Source of the DNA: an uncultured Bacillota bacterium
Lineage (GTDB): Bacteria; Bacillota_I; Bacilli_A; RF39; UBA660
Direction of reading: 5' to 3'
NCBI GenBank assembly: GCA_946630315.1
Contig: CAMOYT010000003.1
Coordinates: forward strand, 1 to 62,053
Length of the DNA: 62,053 bases
In this document: piece after piece, positions 32,129-42,341 of the stretch
How positions within the stretch are numbered: the first letter of the stretch is position 1
Layout of the letters: each line of letters opens with the position of its first letter
Position numbers and translations under genes: made by a program
The notes under the pieces: model-generated
The model's database searches: none
Told to the model about the DNA's origin: nothing
The model's input: only the letters and a program-made list of their open reading frames with translations

Positions 32129-35100
32129 TTAAATGCCTTTATTTAAATTTCTCTTAAGCAATAAGATTCCAGATATAATTCCCATAATTATTAAGCCAAC
32201 AATACCTAAAACACTAACCAATATAGTCCTATTTCTTTCTTGCTTACCAATATAATAATTATATAAAACAACATTGTTATCAATAGTGTTAGAAAGAGAA
32301 TTACTACTAATTTGATTAACTATATCACTAGTACCACTAGCATTAATATTATCAACCTTAAATACCTCATATTTTTTAGTTGTAGGATTATAAATATTAA
32401 TATAATTATCATCAATTACTTGCGTATCACTATTAACAGCATCAGAGCCTAATACCTTCTCAACACTCTTCTCTTTTAACTTACTCATAAGATTTAGAGT
32501 ATCTTGATACTGACGATGATTGCTATTAACAATTGCTGTATTATTGAAATAACTATTAAAGTAAGACATAACCGTAGAACCTGTATTCTTTAAATCTTGC
32601 TTTAGAATATCACCATTATGATAATTAAATATTACATAATCTCCATTAATATAATTTACAGCAATAATATCACTATCACCATACATATCAGTAGCAATTG
32701 ATTTAATATTTTTATTAATAAAACTCTTAGGTAAACTAATATCATCTTTTAAACTATAAAGTTTATTATCATCACCTAGATATATTAGATAACTCTTTCC
32801 ATTATCTTTACTAACTAAAGCGCTATCTTTAATATTTTCAAGAGAAGAATCAATCGCATCTATTTCTCCACTACTAACAAAAATCTGTTTAGATATAAAA
32901 TTACCATCTACTAGTGAATAATTATAATATGTATCAATAATACTATCACCATAAGTAAAACTATATAAAGGGACATTATCAACTAAAGATAAATTATCAA
33001 AATCATTCTCAATTAATTGCTTCTTATCAAGATTATAAATATTATGATTTTCTAATAATATTTTATCATTATAAATATTGATAGGTTTCTTACTATTATT
33101 AGTATTTTCAGTATTATTAACCAGTTTAACAACACGATAATTGATTGTATTATTACTAACTTTAGTAAGAGAAACTTTCTCATTACTAATGATTTTATCT
33201 CCATCTATATGATAATAATTATTATCAATAATAGAAGAAGTCTTTCTTAAATCATCAGCTTTATATTTTAAAGTTTTAGTATTAATTCCATCACTTAAAA
33301 CAATTTCAAAATCTGTATTAAAATCATAATAGAACGAATAAGATAATTGCTCAAGATTATAAGTAGTATCATTAATCCTAAATTTAATACCATCCATTAC
33401 TTTATCAAATTCAACATTAATCTTATTAACATCACTTGCATAAACATTTACTGTCGGTAAACTTGGTATAGAACTAGTCTGTTTACCAATTGATCCAGTA
33501 ATATTACCAAGGAAAACTGACTCCTCTGGCAATTCAAAATGCTGATAACCAAAACCATTCCAATCATATTTCAAGAATGGGAATTCACCGCTGTCCAACA
33601 TAGAATAATCAAAAGCTGTTGAGAAGAAAGGTTTATAAGTATCTTGCGACTTTAAAGAATTATATGTGATTTTAGTAACATTAGTAGGATAATTATAACT
33701 ACTAATAGAACTTCCATTATATGTTGAATTCTCATATACTTTAAGGGCTCGTAATGCTGCCGTATTGGCCGTTGGTGTAAATGTATCAGCATCTTTCGTA
33801 GACTCACCTATAAAGAATCTTGATTTATCAGATACACTAGCAACCACATCTGCAATAACCATATTATTATAGAAATGTCCATCAAATGGCAATTTATTAC
33901 TATTAGGTGCAATACTACTAGCATGAATTCCAGCTGAAGTAATAGAACTATTAGCAATTAAATTATCATAAATAATAATTTTATTTAATGCTGAAGTAGT
34001 ATTTATATTATCTAAATAACCAATAATACCTCCAGCAAAATCATTAGTAGCTCTAACAGTAGCATTAGTAATATTGTAGTACATTGTAGGATTAGTACTA
34101 GAATGATATCCAGCTAAACCACCAACATATTTTCTACCAGTTACTGTCGTATTATAGACATAATTTCTTTGTAAAGTAGCATTAGAAAGTTGTCCTACTA
34201 TACCACCTGTATTATTACCCAAATTTTCTATTTTAGAATTCCTAATTCCACAATATGCATGACTATAACTAGATGCAACACCTGTTATTCCACCTACTCT
34301 ATTAGATACATCGCCACTTCTAGTTCCATATACTTCAACATTATCGACATATGTATAAGTCAATTGATTAGAATTACCAAATGCTCCACCAATAGCATCA
34401 CCACTACCAGTAACTTTAGAATCACTAATAATTTGTCCACTTATATATGATGTATTAGCATTACCAGAAATACCTCCAACATTAGAGACTCCCTTTACAT
34501 CAACATTTTTTACTGTAGTATATGTAGCTGAACCATTTCCAAATACACCACCAATATAGTTACCAGTTCCAGTTACTATACAATCATCAACATTAAAATT
34601 AAACATTGTTGGATATGTTGTACCATCCTTAGACCCAACTAAGCCTCCAACATAACTTCTTCCCTTTACTTCAAGATCAACACCATCAACATGAGCAATA
34701 TCAAAATATCTACTTAAACCAATAAAACCACCAACATAATCACTTGTATTGCTACCAATTACCTTAACATGTTCAAGTTTTATTCTTTTAATATCCGGTG
34801 ATTGATTAAATGACACAATACCAGTACGACTAGCATTAGAAGCTATATCAATATTAGTAAAATTAATATCCGACATCGTTCCATTTAAGAATCTAATAAT
34901 ACCCGAATAAAGAGTTGAAGATTTACTATCAATAGTAATATGATCAAAATTAACATTGCTAATATTAGAAGCAACAGTATCAATCAAACCAACATGTCCA
35001 GAAGTAGCAGTAATATTAATATTTTTTAATGTATGCCCATCATCTGTACCTTCTAATCTATTAAAACTAACTCTTGTTTTTACATTAGTCTTTCCAGCAA

Positions 35101-38100
35101 AATCAATATCATTAACTAAACGATAATTTTCATAAACATCAGTATCTATCTTTTGCCAATCTTCAAACGTACCTATATCTTTATAAAAAGTCAATTCAAT
35201 TTTAGCTGATGGATTAATAGAAACATCCTTTTTACCATCATTATAAGTAATATTATCAATTAAATAACTATCATAATAACGCTCAGGAGTTCCATAAACT
35301 TCATAAATAGTTTCTCCATCACTCGTTACATTTTTATTAACTCTTCGTATATTAAATCCATCAATGTTTAAACCTTTAACCGTATAATTATCTGGATTTT
35401 GAATATAAATTTGAATAGTAGCATCACTAAATGACTTATCTATAATAATATCTTTTACTTTAAAATCTTTAGCATAAAATTCAATATCTTTTTGATTTGG
35501 TAATAACTTATTACTAGACAAATATTTTAATTTAGGCATTATATTCCTATTTTGACTATTAGACAATTTACTCAAATCAAATTGATTACCAAATTTAATT
35601 AAAGAATCATATGTAGAAGCAGATTTTAACTCTTCACTAGTTAAGAAAATGTCACCATTTGCCGAATTAATATTAAGACCATTAATCAATTGCTCATCCC
35701 ATGCATAGTTTGAATTAACAGCAATTCTATTTCCAACAGTCCTATTCATATTAATAGCATTTTTCGAAGTATATACGCCACCAAGAACTAGAGTATTATA
35801 AATATTGTCATTAGTAGAATATCCAACTACTCCTCCAACAGAATCTTGTTGTGTATATACATAAACATTAGAAATAACACGTTCAACATATCCAGAATTA
35901 TATCCAACTACTCCTCCAACTTCTTGTTGATTTGTATTAATAGTTCCTTGTACATAACTATCTCTAATAAATCCAGAATCATGTCTACCAACAAAACCAC
36001 CTATACCATAAGTAGAAGCTCCATATTTTATTTCCATATTTAAATCTTGAACATAACAATTTTCAACAATTGTATCTGCTGTTCTTCCAATAAATCCACC
36101 ATATCTACCATAGAATTTTACATTATTTTTATCCTTTTGATATATATGTACATTAGTTGCAGAAGAATTAGATATAAGCGTACTAGATGCCTCTCCAACA
36201 AGAGCACCTATATAAGTATCACTATCAGTAATATTTATATTTTTCAAATGAACATTATCAATAGTTGCATTACCAGACGCATATGCAATAAATCCACCTC
36301 TATAGCTTGGTCCATCTTTTGTATAATTTTCAACATATAAATTTTTAATAGTACCGCCAGACAAATTATTAATAAATGCTTTATTAGTTAATCTAACATT
36401 TTTAATAGTATGACCATTACCATCAAACTTTCCAGTAAACTTATCTATGTTATCAGAAAGATTACTAAAATCTAAATCAGTTTGTAACTTAAAGTTTTGT
36501 GTTGAATTACTATTAATAGTTCTAAAATCAGTAATACTATTAATATTTCTATACATTTCAACTGGAATAATACGATCTTTACTATTTTTATATTCTCTCT
36601 TATAAGATTTACCTGTTGATTCAACATAATATATATTATGTAAACTATAATTTGTAACAAAAGAATCAGGATCATGGAATCTAACTTTAACTTTAGATTT
36701 ACCATTTTCATTTACTTGATCCAACACATCTACTTGAATTCCATTATAAAAATCTAAATCATCTATTGTACTATATCCAATATTATCAAATATCAAAGTA
36801 GCTTCAACAGTCTCATCATCTTTTTCCACTCTATTTTCAATAGTTAAATAATCAATCTCTCCATCATCTTCTTTTGGAAGTTCAATATATTCTTGATTTG
36901 GCATAACATCTGGCCAAATAATATGTGGATAATATCCATACTTAACATAATTTTCAACATCAAAAGCATTATCTGCATTTAAAATATTTTGAAACTCTTC
37001 TTGTCTTAGAGTATTAGGAGCAATTTTATTAGAATAACTACCAGAATAAATATCTTTAGTAGCATAATAAAGATTAACAGCATTAACACCACCAGAGAAA
37101 AAGTTAACATCTCGAGCCGTATTTCTATAAGTACCACTAGAATTAGTATAAGCATTCCTAATAATAGTTCTACTAATAGATCCTGCAATATTACCAACTT
37201 CATTCTGGTATGATTCATTAGTAGATGACTCTGCTATATTAACATCAACTAAAGAATATATATTTGAAATATATGAATTAGCAGCAGTATAATAAGTAAG
37301 TGCTCCAACATATTTACTACCAAAAGATGGATTGTTATAAGTAGCATCAATTGCTTTTCCATATAAATAACCATTAGTAATAGTTCCATAATTCTCTAAG
37401 CAAACTAAAGAACCATATCTAACTACATCAAGAGAATCCTTACTATTAACAACAAAGTTTTTAATATTACCATAATTATATCTAATCATTAAAGTAACTA
37501 AAGTATTTCCCAAATGATTACTTTGTTCAAGAGTTGCCATAATATTTTCAATAGTACCATAATTATAATATGCTATCCCCTCAAAATAATCTCTAGCTGG
37601 ATATTCAAAATAAACATGTAAATCAATGTTCTTTAAAACAGCATTACTACCAAGTTTATAGAACAAATATTCAGAAGTTTTACCACTAGTAATATATGTA
37701 TCACGAATAATTTTATGACCTTGAAAATCAATAATTCCATTAAACTCTGTACCAATACTTCTATTAGTATTAGAAAAATCCAAATCATCTGAAACTAAAT
37801 AAAAACCAGAAGTATGAATTTGAAAAAACTCATCTACATTATGAATAGTTCTAATCTCATCATCAGAAGTAAACTCAAGAGTATCAATATCATAAAATCT
37901 CTTTTCAACATTTACCCCTACTACTTTTTTTCTAATACTTAGTTTAATCTTATATTCACTAGATGGCTCAATTTCATGTTTTGACATAGCATCAATAACT
38001 TGATAAGAATCATTAAAATCAAACTCAACTGTATCAATTAATTTATTATTTTTATAATATCTTAAAAAATAATGAAAATCATCTTCTTCAATTTCATGTT

Positions 38101-41008
38101 TCTTATCAGTTAAACTAGTAAAGAAAGATCCCATATAATTTGCTTTCGCTTTATAAGGAACATAACTAGTAGCACTACTACCTTCTTCAATCTGTAAATC
38201 CTTAATAACTATAGATGTTGTTTCATTTTCACCATCAACTTCTATAATATGAAAACTAATATATGGACTAGAAGCATTAACAACTACCGTCCTACTGTAT
38301 GAAATATAATCATCTGCTTTAATATTCTTAATTTGATCACTAGCAGAATAACTATTATTACTACCTCTTGGAGTTAAATAAACTGGTTTAGTAAACTTCT
38401 TATCTTTATACTTAATCTTAAAACTTACAGTAACAGTCTTACCAGCATATTCTGGTAAATAATAAGAATAAGTTCTATAACCATTTTTAGCTGATAGAGT
38501 AACTGTATTTTCAGTCTTATTAATCTTTCTACTACTTGGCTCTCTATTACCTCCAGTTTTCCACCTTCTAGTATTATCAATATCAAATATATTCTTACTA
38601 GTAATTTGTTTTAATAAAGTATCAACTTCAACATTACCACTTAATCCTTCTTCAGTAACTATATCTTCTTCTAATAAAACTTTATTACTAACAAACGAAT
38701 CATTAGAATAACCAGTATTGTATTCCTCTGCTATAAACTTAAAATTATATTTTGTATCTTTATCAAGTTTCTCTAAAGAAATATTTTCATAATCAGTATT
38801 AATATTCAATTCCTTATATAAAACAAGTACTCCAATACTATTTCTTACTTCAAGTAAAACTCTATTAGACTGAATAGCTTTATCAAAATCTTCAATTCTA
38901 GCATCAAAATTTATAACACTAGAAGTAACAAATCTATTAATAATATGAACATCAGAATCATACTTTATCGTCTTAATATTATTAACATTAGAATTAGTAG
39001 TAATATCAAAATTCTTACTACCTAATTCTACATTAGAAGATAATTCAAAATAATAAGTATGATTAGATAATAAACCTAATATCTCGAAAGGTAATGCTTC
39101 TCCTGCTTTTATTCTTTCTAAATCATTACCAGTTAAAAGAATAGTCTTTACATTTTTATTATCATCAGAGTCTTTAACAACAATTTTAATAGAAGATAAT
39201 AATTGTTTTAAAACAGTATTAGTATCATCTGAAATAGACACATTAAAACTAATCTTATCAACATCAGATTCAATATTATCAAAATTTAATTTTACATAAC
39301 CTAAAGTAGTTATAGGCTCTGTTGTAAATTTTCCTTCAACAATTGTTTTGCCTTTAATAATTCCATTTCCGTCTTCTAAATCATAATCACCAATTAAAGA
39401 AACAGAATAAACTTCATTAGGTGATAAATTATCTAAAGTAAAAGTTAAATCACTAACTTTTCCCTCTTTAATAATGTTTTTATCATTGTCATAAACAACA
39501 TACTTCATATTAGCAATATTAACATTATCTCTATTAGTTAAATCAAATGATAAAGTAGCCTTATCAATACCTCTACTCTTAACAGACAAATAACCACTAG
39601 GTGCTTGCTTTATAGTTTTAAAACTATAATTAACAGCATTCTTCTTCAATAAATTACCAGCTACATCGTAAAATTCAACATCTACATTATATCTAGTATT
39701 ACTAGAAAGAGATTTAGCTGTAGAATAATTTTGACTTTCTAGTTTTAATAACTTAGTAATATATCCAGATGATAGCTGATAACTATTATTACCAATCTTT
39801 AATATAACTTTCTTAATACCTTTTAAAACTTCATCACTACTCTTATTATTTAATTTAATTCCCTGAAATACTGCATAATTAGAATAAGGAACAATCTTAT
39901 CTATACTAAAATTAACATTTTCTAGACCAGATATATCTTTAGTAGAAATCTTAAATCTAGTAAATTCACTTTTTACTTCTTGTCCTTTTTCATTTTTATA
40001 ATGATATACCCCTACTACATCATAATCAGTATCTGGATATAATCCCTTAACTTCAATTGTATCTGAAACTACAAAAGTTTTTCTAACAACCAAATTCTTT
40101 CCTTTATAGAACTCAAAAGTAGGATATTTAACTATTCTACCAGTAGGATCACTAATCTCCAATTTACCACTAACAGAATAAATTCTAGCACTTTGACTTC
40201 CAAAAGTAACAGTAGGTTTAACATATTCGACACCATCTACAGTAGCCGGTTTATTTATATTATCTTCTTCTTCCTCTTCTTCTTGAACAGCAACAGGAGG
40301 AACTTCAGTACCTGCATTTTCCTCATCTTTTATAAATAAGCCCAATCTCTCAAGAAAATCTAAATAAGCAAGTTCTTTTCCATCAAAAAAGATAAAAGAA
40401 CTATTATCCAATCCTTTTATTTCTTTATAGAAATACTTACCACCACTCATATAATAATATCTTAAATTTTCTTCAGAAAAAGTAATAAAAGAATTAATTG
40501 GTATAACATATTTCTTACTAGTATTTGTCTTAATAGACATTTCACTTAAATTAACATATACCCCATTATTTAATTCAACAAAATTATAAGTAAGATTATC
40601 TGCTCTCTCATAATCATTTTCATTAAATAATTTATTATCACTAATTAAAGTATTAGAATATGAATTCGTCTTTCTATACTTACTATCAATAAGTGAAAAT
40701 TCATCAGATAATATTAATAATGTTTTACTATCTTTTGAAACAATAGGATAATTTAAATTAACATTAGTTTTCTTTTTATCACCAATAAAATATTTACCTC
40801 TACCTTTATATAAAGCATCATAATATTTTACTTTAGAATAATCAATTTTATCTCTTTCACTTTCTCCATTTATCAAGTTCTTTGTTATATTATCAGAAGT
40901 AAAAACATATCCATCCATATCAAATGTACGAATATTTTTGTAACTATTAAAATAAATAGATCCAACTATAACTAATAAAATTATAATTAATAAAACTACC
41001 TTTTTCAT
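32129..41008 (-). CDS. giant (2959 aa) surface protein with N- and C-terminal TM anchors, Ig-like arrays and GLUG-type beta-helix repeats
   Basis: N-terminal TM (VVLLIIILLVIVGSIYF), an EEEEEED linker and Ig-like modules. Three F(N/T)G(x)(F/I)DG(N)GH(x)I modules are each followed by GLUG-like rungs (IGGFVGR, VGGVVGY, VGGLVGS, IGGVFGN, VGGISGN, VGGITGV, VGGLAGY, AGGIIGY). C-terminal TM VLGIVGLIIMGIISGILLL then KRNLNKGI. Confidence 0.9.
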   Translation of the reverse strand: MKKVVLLIIILLVIVGSIYFNSYKNIRTFDMDGYVFTSDNITKNLINGESERDKIDYSKVKYYDALYKGRGKYFIGDKKKTNVNLNYPIVSKDSKTLLILSDEFSLIDSKYRKTNSYSNTLISDNKLFNENDYERADNLTYNFVELNNGVYVNLSEMSIKTNTSKKYVIPINSFITFSEENLRYYYMSGGKYFYKEIKGLDNSSFIFFDGKELAYLDFLERLGLFIKDEENAGTEVPPVAVQEEEEEEDNINKPATVDGVEYVKPTVTFGSQSARIYSVSGKLEISDPTGRIVKYPTFEFYKGKNLVVRKTFVVSDTIEVKGLYPDTDYDVVGVYHYKNEKGQEVKSEFTRFKISTKDISGLENVNFSIDKIVPYSNYAVFQGIKLNNKSSDEVLKGIKKVILKIGNNSYQLSSGYITKLLKLESQNYSTAKSLSSNTRYNVDVEFYDVAGNLLKKNAVNYSFKTIKQAPSGYLSVKSRGIDKATLSFDLTNRDNVNIANMKYVVYDNDKNIIKEGKVSDLTFTLDNLSPNEVYSVSLIGDYDLEDGNGIIKGKTIVEGKFTTEPITTLGYVKLNFDNIESDVDKISFNVSISDDTNTVLKQLLSSIKIVVKDSDDNKNVKTILLTGNDLERIKAGEALPFEILGLLSNHTYYFELSSNVELGSKNFDITTNSNVNNIKTIKYDSDVHIINRFVTSSVINFDARIEDFDKAIQSNRVLLEVRNSIGVLVLYKELNINTDYENISLEKLDKDTKYNFKFIAEEYNTGYSNDSFVSNKVLLEEDIVTEEGLSGNVEVDTLLKQITSKNIFDIDNTRRWKTGGNREPSSRKINKTENTVTLSAKNGYRTYSYYLPEYAGKTVTVSFKIKYKDKKFTKPVYLTPRGSNNSYSASDQIKNIKADDYISYSRTVVVNASSPYISFHIIEVDGENETTSIVIKDLQIEEGSSATSYVPYKAKANYMGSFFTSLTDKKHEIEEDDFHYFLRYYKNNKLIDTVEFDFNDSYQVIDAMSKHEIEPSSEYKIKLSIRKKVVGVNVEKRFYDIDTLEFTSDDEIRTIHNVDEFFQIHTSGFYLVSDDLDFSNTNRSIGTEFNGIIDFQGHKIIRDTYITSGKTSEYLFYKLGSNAVLKNIDLHVYFEYPARDYFEGIAYYNYGTIENIMATLEQSNHLGNTLVTLMIRYNYGNIKNFVVNSKDSLDVVRYGSLVCLENYGTITNGYLYGKAIDATYNNPSFGSKYVGALTYYTAANSYISNIYSLVDVNIAESSTNESYQNEVGNIAGSISRTIIRNAYTNSSGTYRNTARDVNFFSGGVNAVNLYYATKDIYSGSYSNKIAPNTLRQEEFQNILNADNAFDVENYVKYGYYPHIIWPDVMPNQEYIELPKEDDGEIDYLTIENRVEKDDETVEATLIFDNIGYSTIDDLDFYNGIQVDVLDQVNENGKSKVKVRFHDPDSFVTNYSLHNIYYVESTGKSYKREYKNSKDRIIPVEMYRNINSITDFRTINSNSTQNFKLQTDLDFSNLSDNIDKFTGKFDGNGHTIKNVRLTNKAFINNLSGGTIKNLYVENYTKDGPSYRGGFIAYASGNATIDNVHLKNINITDSDTYIGALVGEASSTLISNSSATNVHIYQKDKNNVKFYGRYGGFIGRTADTIVENCYVQDLNMEIKYGASTYGIGGFVGRHDSGFIRDSYVQGTINTNQQEVGGVVGYNSGYVERVISNVYVYTQQDSVGGVVGYSTNDNIYNTLVLGGVYTSKNAINMNRTVGNRIAVNSNYAWDEQLINGLNINSANGDIFLTSEELKSASTYDSLIKFGNQFDLSKLSNSQNRNIMPKLKYLSSNKLLPNQKDIEFYAKDFKVKDIIIDKSFSDATIQIYIQNPDNYTVKGLNIDGFNIRRVNKNVTSDGETIYEVYGTPERYYDSYLIDNITYNDGKKDVSINPSAKIELTFYKDIGTFEDWQKIDTDVYENYRLVNDIDFAGKTNVKTRVSFNRLEGTDDGHTLKNINITATSGHVGLIDTVASNISNVNFDHITIDSKSSTLYSGIIRFLNGTMSDINFTNIDIASNASRTGIVSFNQSPDIKRIKLEHVKVIGSNTSDYVGGFIGLSRYFDIAHVDGVDLEVKGRSYVGGLVGSKDGTTYPTMFNFNVDDCIVTGTGNYIGGVFGNGSATYTTVKNVDVKGVSNVGGISGNANTSYISGQIISDSKVTGSGDAIGGAFGNSNQLTYTYVDNVEVYGTRSGDVSNRVGGITGVASSYSHAYCGIRNSKIENLGNNTGGIVGQLSNATLQRNYVYNTTVTGRKYVGGLAGYHSSTNPTMYYNITNATVRATNDFAGGIIGYLDNINTTSALNKIIIYDNLIANSSITSAGIHASSIAPNSNKLPFDGHFYNNMVIADVVASVSDKSRFFIGESTKDADTFTPTANTAALRALKVYENSTYNGSSISSYNYPTNVTKITYNSLKSQDTYKPFFSTAFDYSMLDSGEFPFLKYDWNGFGYQHFELPEESVFLGNITGSIGKQTSSIPSLPTVNVYASDVNKINVEFDKVMDGIKFRINDTTYNLEQLSYSFYYDFNTDFEIVLSDGINTKTLKYKADDLRKTSSIIDNNYYHIDGDKIISNEKVSLTKVSNNTINYRVVKLVNNTENTNNSKKPINIYNDKILLENHNIYNLDKKQLIENDFDNLSLVDNVPLYSFTYGDSIIDTYYNYSLVDGNFISKQIFVSSGEIDAIDSSLENIKDSALVSKDNGKSYLIYLGDDNKLYSLKDDISLPKSFINKNIKSIATDMYGDSDIIAVNYINGDYVIFNYHNGDILKQDLKNTGSTVMSYFNSYFNNTAIVNSNHRQYQDTLNLMSKLKEKSVEKVLGSDAVNSDTQVIDDNYINIYNPTTKKYEVFKVDNINASGTSDIVNQISSNSLSNTIDNNVVLYNYYIGKQERNRTILVSVLGIVGLIIMGIISGILLLKRNLNKGI

Positions 41009-41012
41009 TAAA

Positions 41013-41723
41013 TCACTTCAACTTCTTTAAATAATCAAAATTCTTCATCAATAATTTTTCCTTATTATTTATAATAATTAAATCAGAGCTAACATTAAGT
41101 TTAAACTCATCATTAGTAACAAAAACATCTCCTGTAACATTTTCATAATTATTCATCTTACCAGAAGCATAATCATAAATAAATAATTCATTAGTATCAT
41201 ATACATAATTTACAAAACTAAATGGAGTTATTTTAACACTCATTCCATTAAAATTAACTACACAATTATTAATAAAAATATAATAATCACTTCCATCAAA
41301 TAAGAATCCTTTATTTGCTTTATAATTTAAATTCTTATTAGTTAAATAATAATCATCATATTTTTCACTTAACACAGTAAAATATGGCACCTTCTTTTGT
41401 ACACCATTTGAATAAGAAACAAAACTATAATTAACAGGAATTATTATTTTTTTAGCCTTACTATAATAAATAGGTTCCCCATATAATTTAGTCTTCTTAT
41501 TATTAATTTTTAGATTTGAAATATTGCCATCATGATTTATAGTAAGATTACCATTTATATCAAATCTCTCTCTTCCAAAATAAATATATAGATTTTCTTT
41601 CTTCTCTACATATGTATTTAATTCTTTTCTAGCTAACATGACATTAACAATAACTATAATAATAACAAATAATAAAACAAGTCCTACAACAATTGATGCT
41701 ATCAACTTCTTCTTATTCTTCAT
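41013..41723 (-). CDS. single-pass membrane protein (236 aa), first gene of the giant-protein/ATPase operon
   Basis: N-terminal TM (LIASIVVGLVLLFVIIIVIVNVML) plus a ~200-aa beta-rich ectodomain. AAGGATG SD. Its stop lies 4 nt before the 2959-aa gene. Confidence 0.7.
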   Translation of the reverse strand: MKNKKKLIASIVVGLVLLFVIIIVIVNVMLARKELNTYVEKKENLYIYFGRERFDINGNLTINHDGNISNLKINNKKTKLYGEPIYYSKAKKIIIPVNYSFVSYSNGVQKKVPYFTVLSEKYDDYYLTNKNLNYKANKGFLFDGSDYYIFINNCVVNFNGMSVKITPFSFVNYVYDTNELFIYDYASGKMNNYENVTGDVFVTNDEFKLNVSSDLIIINNKEKLLMKNFDYLKKLK

Positions 41724-41811
41724 AATTACACATCCTTAAACCTTACTACAATTTTATCAAAAAAGCTAAAAATAAACAATAAAATAAAAAGTATTTTAAT
41801 ATAAAATACTT

Positions 41812-42273
41812 CTACTTTGTTATAACCTCACAACTAGTAACTCTAGAATAACTATTAATTATATTATTACAATATTTAATTAAATCATTATAAGAATAAG
41901 TCTTTTTAAGAATAACTTCATAACTATCATCATCTTCGTGATATTCATACGCCTCAGCAAAATCACCTAGTATTGATAAAGCCTTATTTTGAGTAGTTTT
42001 ACTATTAAACTTAATAAGTGCATGATCAGCTAAATAATAAATACCATTATCTAAAACATAATCATCACTAACTGTCTCTTCTGAATTAGTACCCTTTTCA
42101 TATTCATCAAATATTTTAGCATCAATTACACTTATATCTTCCGGTTCCTGTACTGGAGTTTCTCTATCAGTCTTAATTGCAACAGCAAATACTACTACAA
42201 CAAATACAATAAGAACTATAAATAAAACTGTAAACAATAATTTATTTTTAATATGATCTTCCATATTCTTCAC
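41812..42273 (-). CDS. single-pass membrane protein (153 aa), unknown function
   Basis: N-terminal TM (LLFTVLFIVLIVFVVVVFAVAI). AGGTGA SD. Bracketed by hairpin/T-run elements on both sides. Confidence 0.65.
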   Translation of the reverse strand: MKNMEDHIKNKLLFTVLFIVLIVFVVVVFAVAIKTDRETPVQEPEDISVIDAKIFDEYEKGTNSEETVSDDYVLDNGIYYLADHALIKFNSKTTQNKALSILGDFAEAYEYHEDDDSYEVILKKTYSYNDLIKYCNNIINSYSRVTSCEVITK

Positions 42274-42302
42274 CTATTATTATAATAACACAAAATATAT
42301 AA

Positions 42303-42337
42303 TAAAGAAAAATAGAAATCAATTATGATTTCTATTT
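42303..42337 (-). terminator. intrinsic terminator after the BspA-like gene
   Basis: An 11-bp stem AATAGAAATCA / TGATTTCTATT with a 4-nt loop (42311-42336), followed on the minus strand by TTTTTCTTT. Confidence 0.7.
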
Positions 42338-42341
42338 TACA

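Noticed and set aside
34190-37218. Several 65-97-aa ORFs on both strands inside the 2959-aa gene (34190-34450, 35846-36043, 36047-36340, 36472-36711, 37006-37218)
   Set aside because: They are low-complexity Ile/Ser/Asn or Leu/Ile-rich translations typical of alternative frames in AT-rich DNA. They have no SD and are nested in the giant ORF whose frame carries recognisable GLUG-type motifs.
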